Shown here in pieces: positions 63,812 to 64,000 of a stretch of 64,000 nt of DNA; the stretch's first letter is position 1, and the number at the start of each line of letters is the position of its first letter. Origin of the DNA: Octopus vulgaris (taxonomy: Eukaryota); the NCBI GenBank assembly GCA_951406725.2, contig OX597814.1, positions 107,508,001-107,572,000 on the forward strand, in the 5' to 3' direction. The notes under the pieces are model-generated. The model worked only from the letters and a program-made list of their open reading frames with translations. It ran no database searches and was not told the DNA's origin. The position numbers and the translations under genes were made by a program.

Positions 63812-63900
63812 ACCAAGTATATTACTGATCCAAGCAGGCTGTGATATGAAAATCCAATTTAGCAGCACATTCACAACCACTTGGTCAGTAATAGACATGG
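63812..63900 (-). ncRNA. mir-2: pre-miR-2 hairpin 8; 3p arm TATCACAGCCTGCTTGGATCAGT (63824-63846)
   Basis: miR-2 seed with a divergent 3' end resembling a mollusc/annelid paralogue as I recall; 5p arm TACTGACCAAGTGGTTGTGAATGTG. Confidence 0.9.
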
Positions 63901-64000
63901 CAGACAAAACAATAAAAAAAAATCTTCGTTTCTATCCTGAAAACTCAAAATCTGCAAATATCCAAGTGGGGGTAAGGGGCGCACCAAACTAGCAGTGATG

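Noticed and set aside
62236-63900. CRISPR-like array (repeated 23-nt unit with unique spacers)
   Set aside because: Eukaryotic intron, irregular spacing of about 100-450 nt, no cas genes; each unit is one arm of a miR-2 hairpin.

Overview
Eukaryotic, AT-rich, repeat-dense genomic DNA, most likely a lophotrochozoan and probably an octopus or other coleoid (inferred from the repeat and miRNA repertoire, not proven). The minus strand carries the 3' part of a PPP4R1 gene (PP4 regulatory subunit 1, HEAT repeats). I traced 14 coding exons with consistent GT-AG sites and phases from 60173 down to the stop at 14608 (2454 nt, 817 aa plus stop); the 5' exons lie beyond 64000. The intron upstream of the first visible exon holds an expanded miR-2 cluster of 8 hairpins (62236-63900, sense to the host), plus a possible ninth cut by the window edge. 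The host mRNA itself carries several miR-2 seed matches (K-boxes), including an 8mer about 115 nt after the stop codon. Introns contain hammerhead-ribozyme motifs: a tRNA-headed, Penelope-like inverted-repeat element in two copies, and a separate sense-strand hammerhead on top of a long hairpin. Bases 1-10.8 kb are a transposon nest: CR1-group LINEs with a Myb/SANT+CCCH ORF1 abutting (TA)n, an RTE-type RT with a PHD-like insert, a piggyBac remnant, and a 100-N gap. Introns also hold SINEs, RTE 3' ends, piggyBac MITEs, Helitron and mariner relics.
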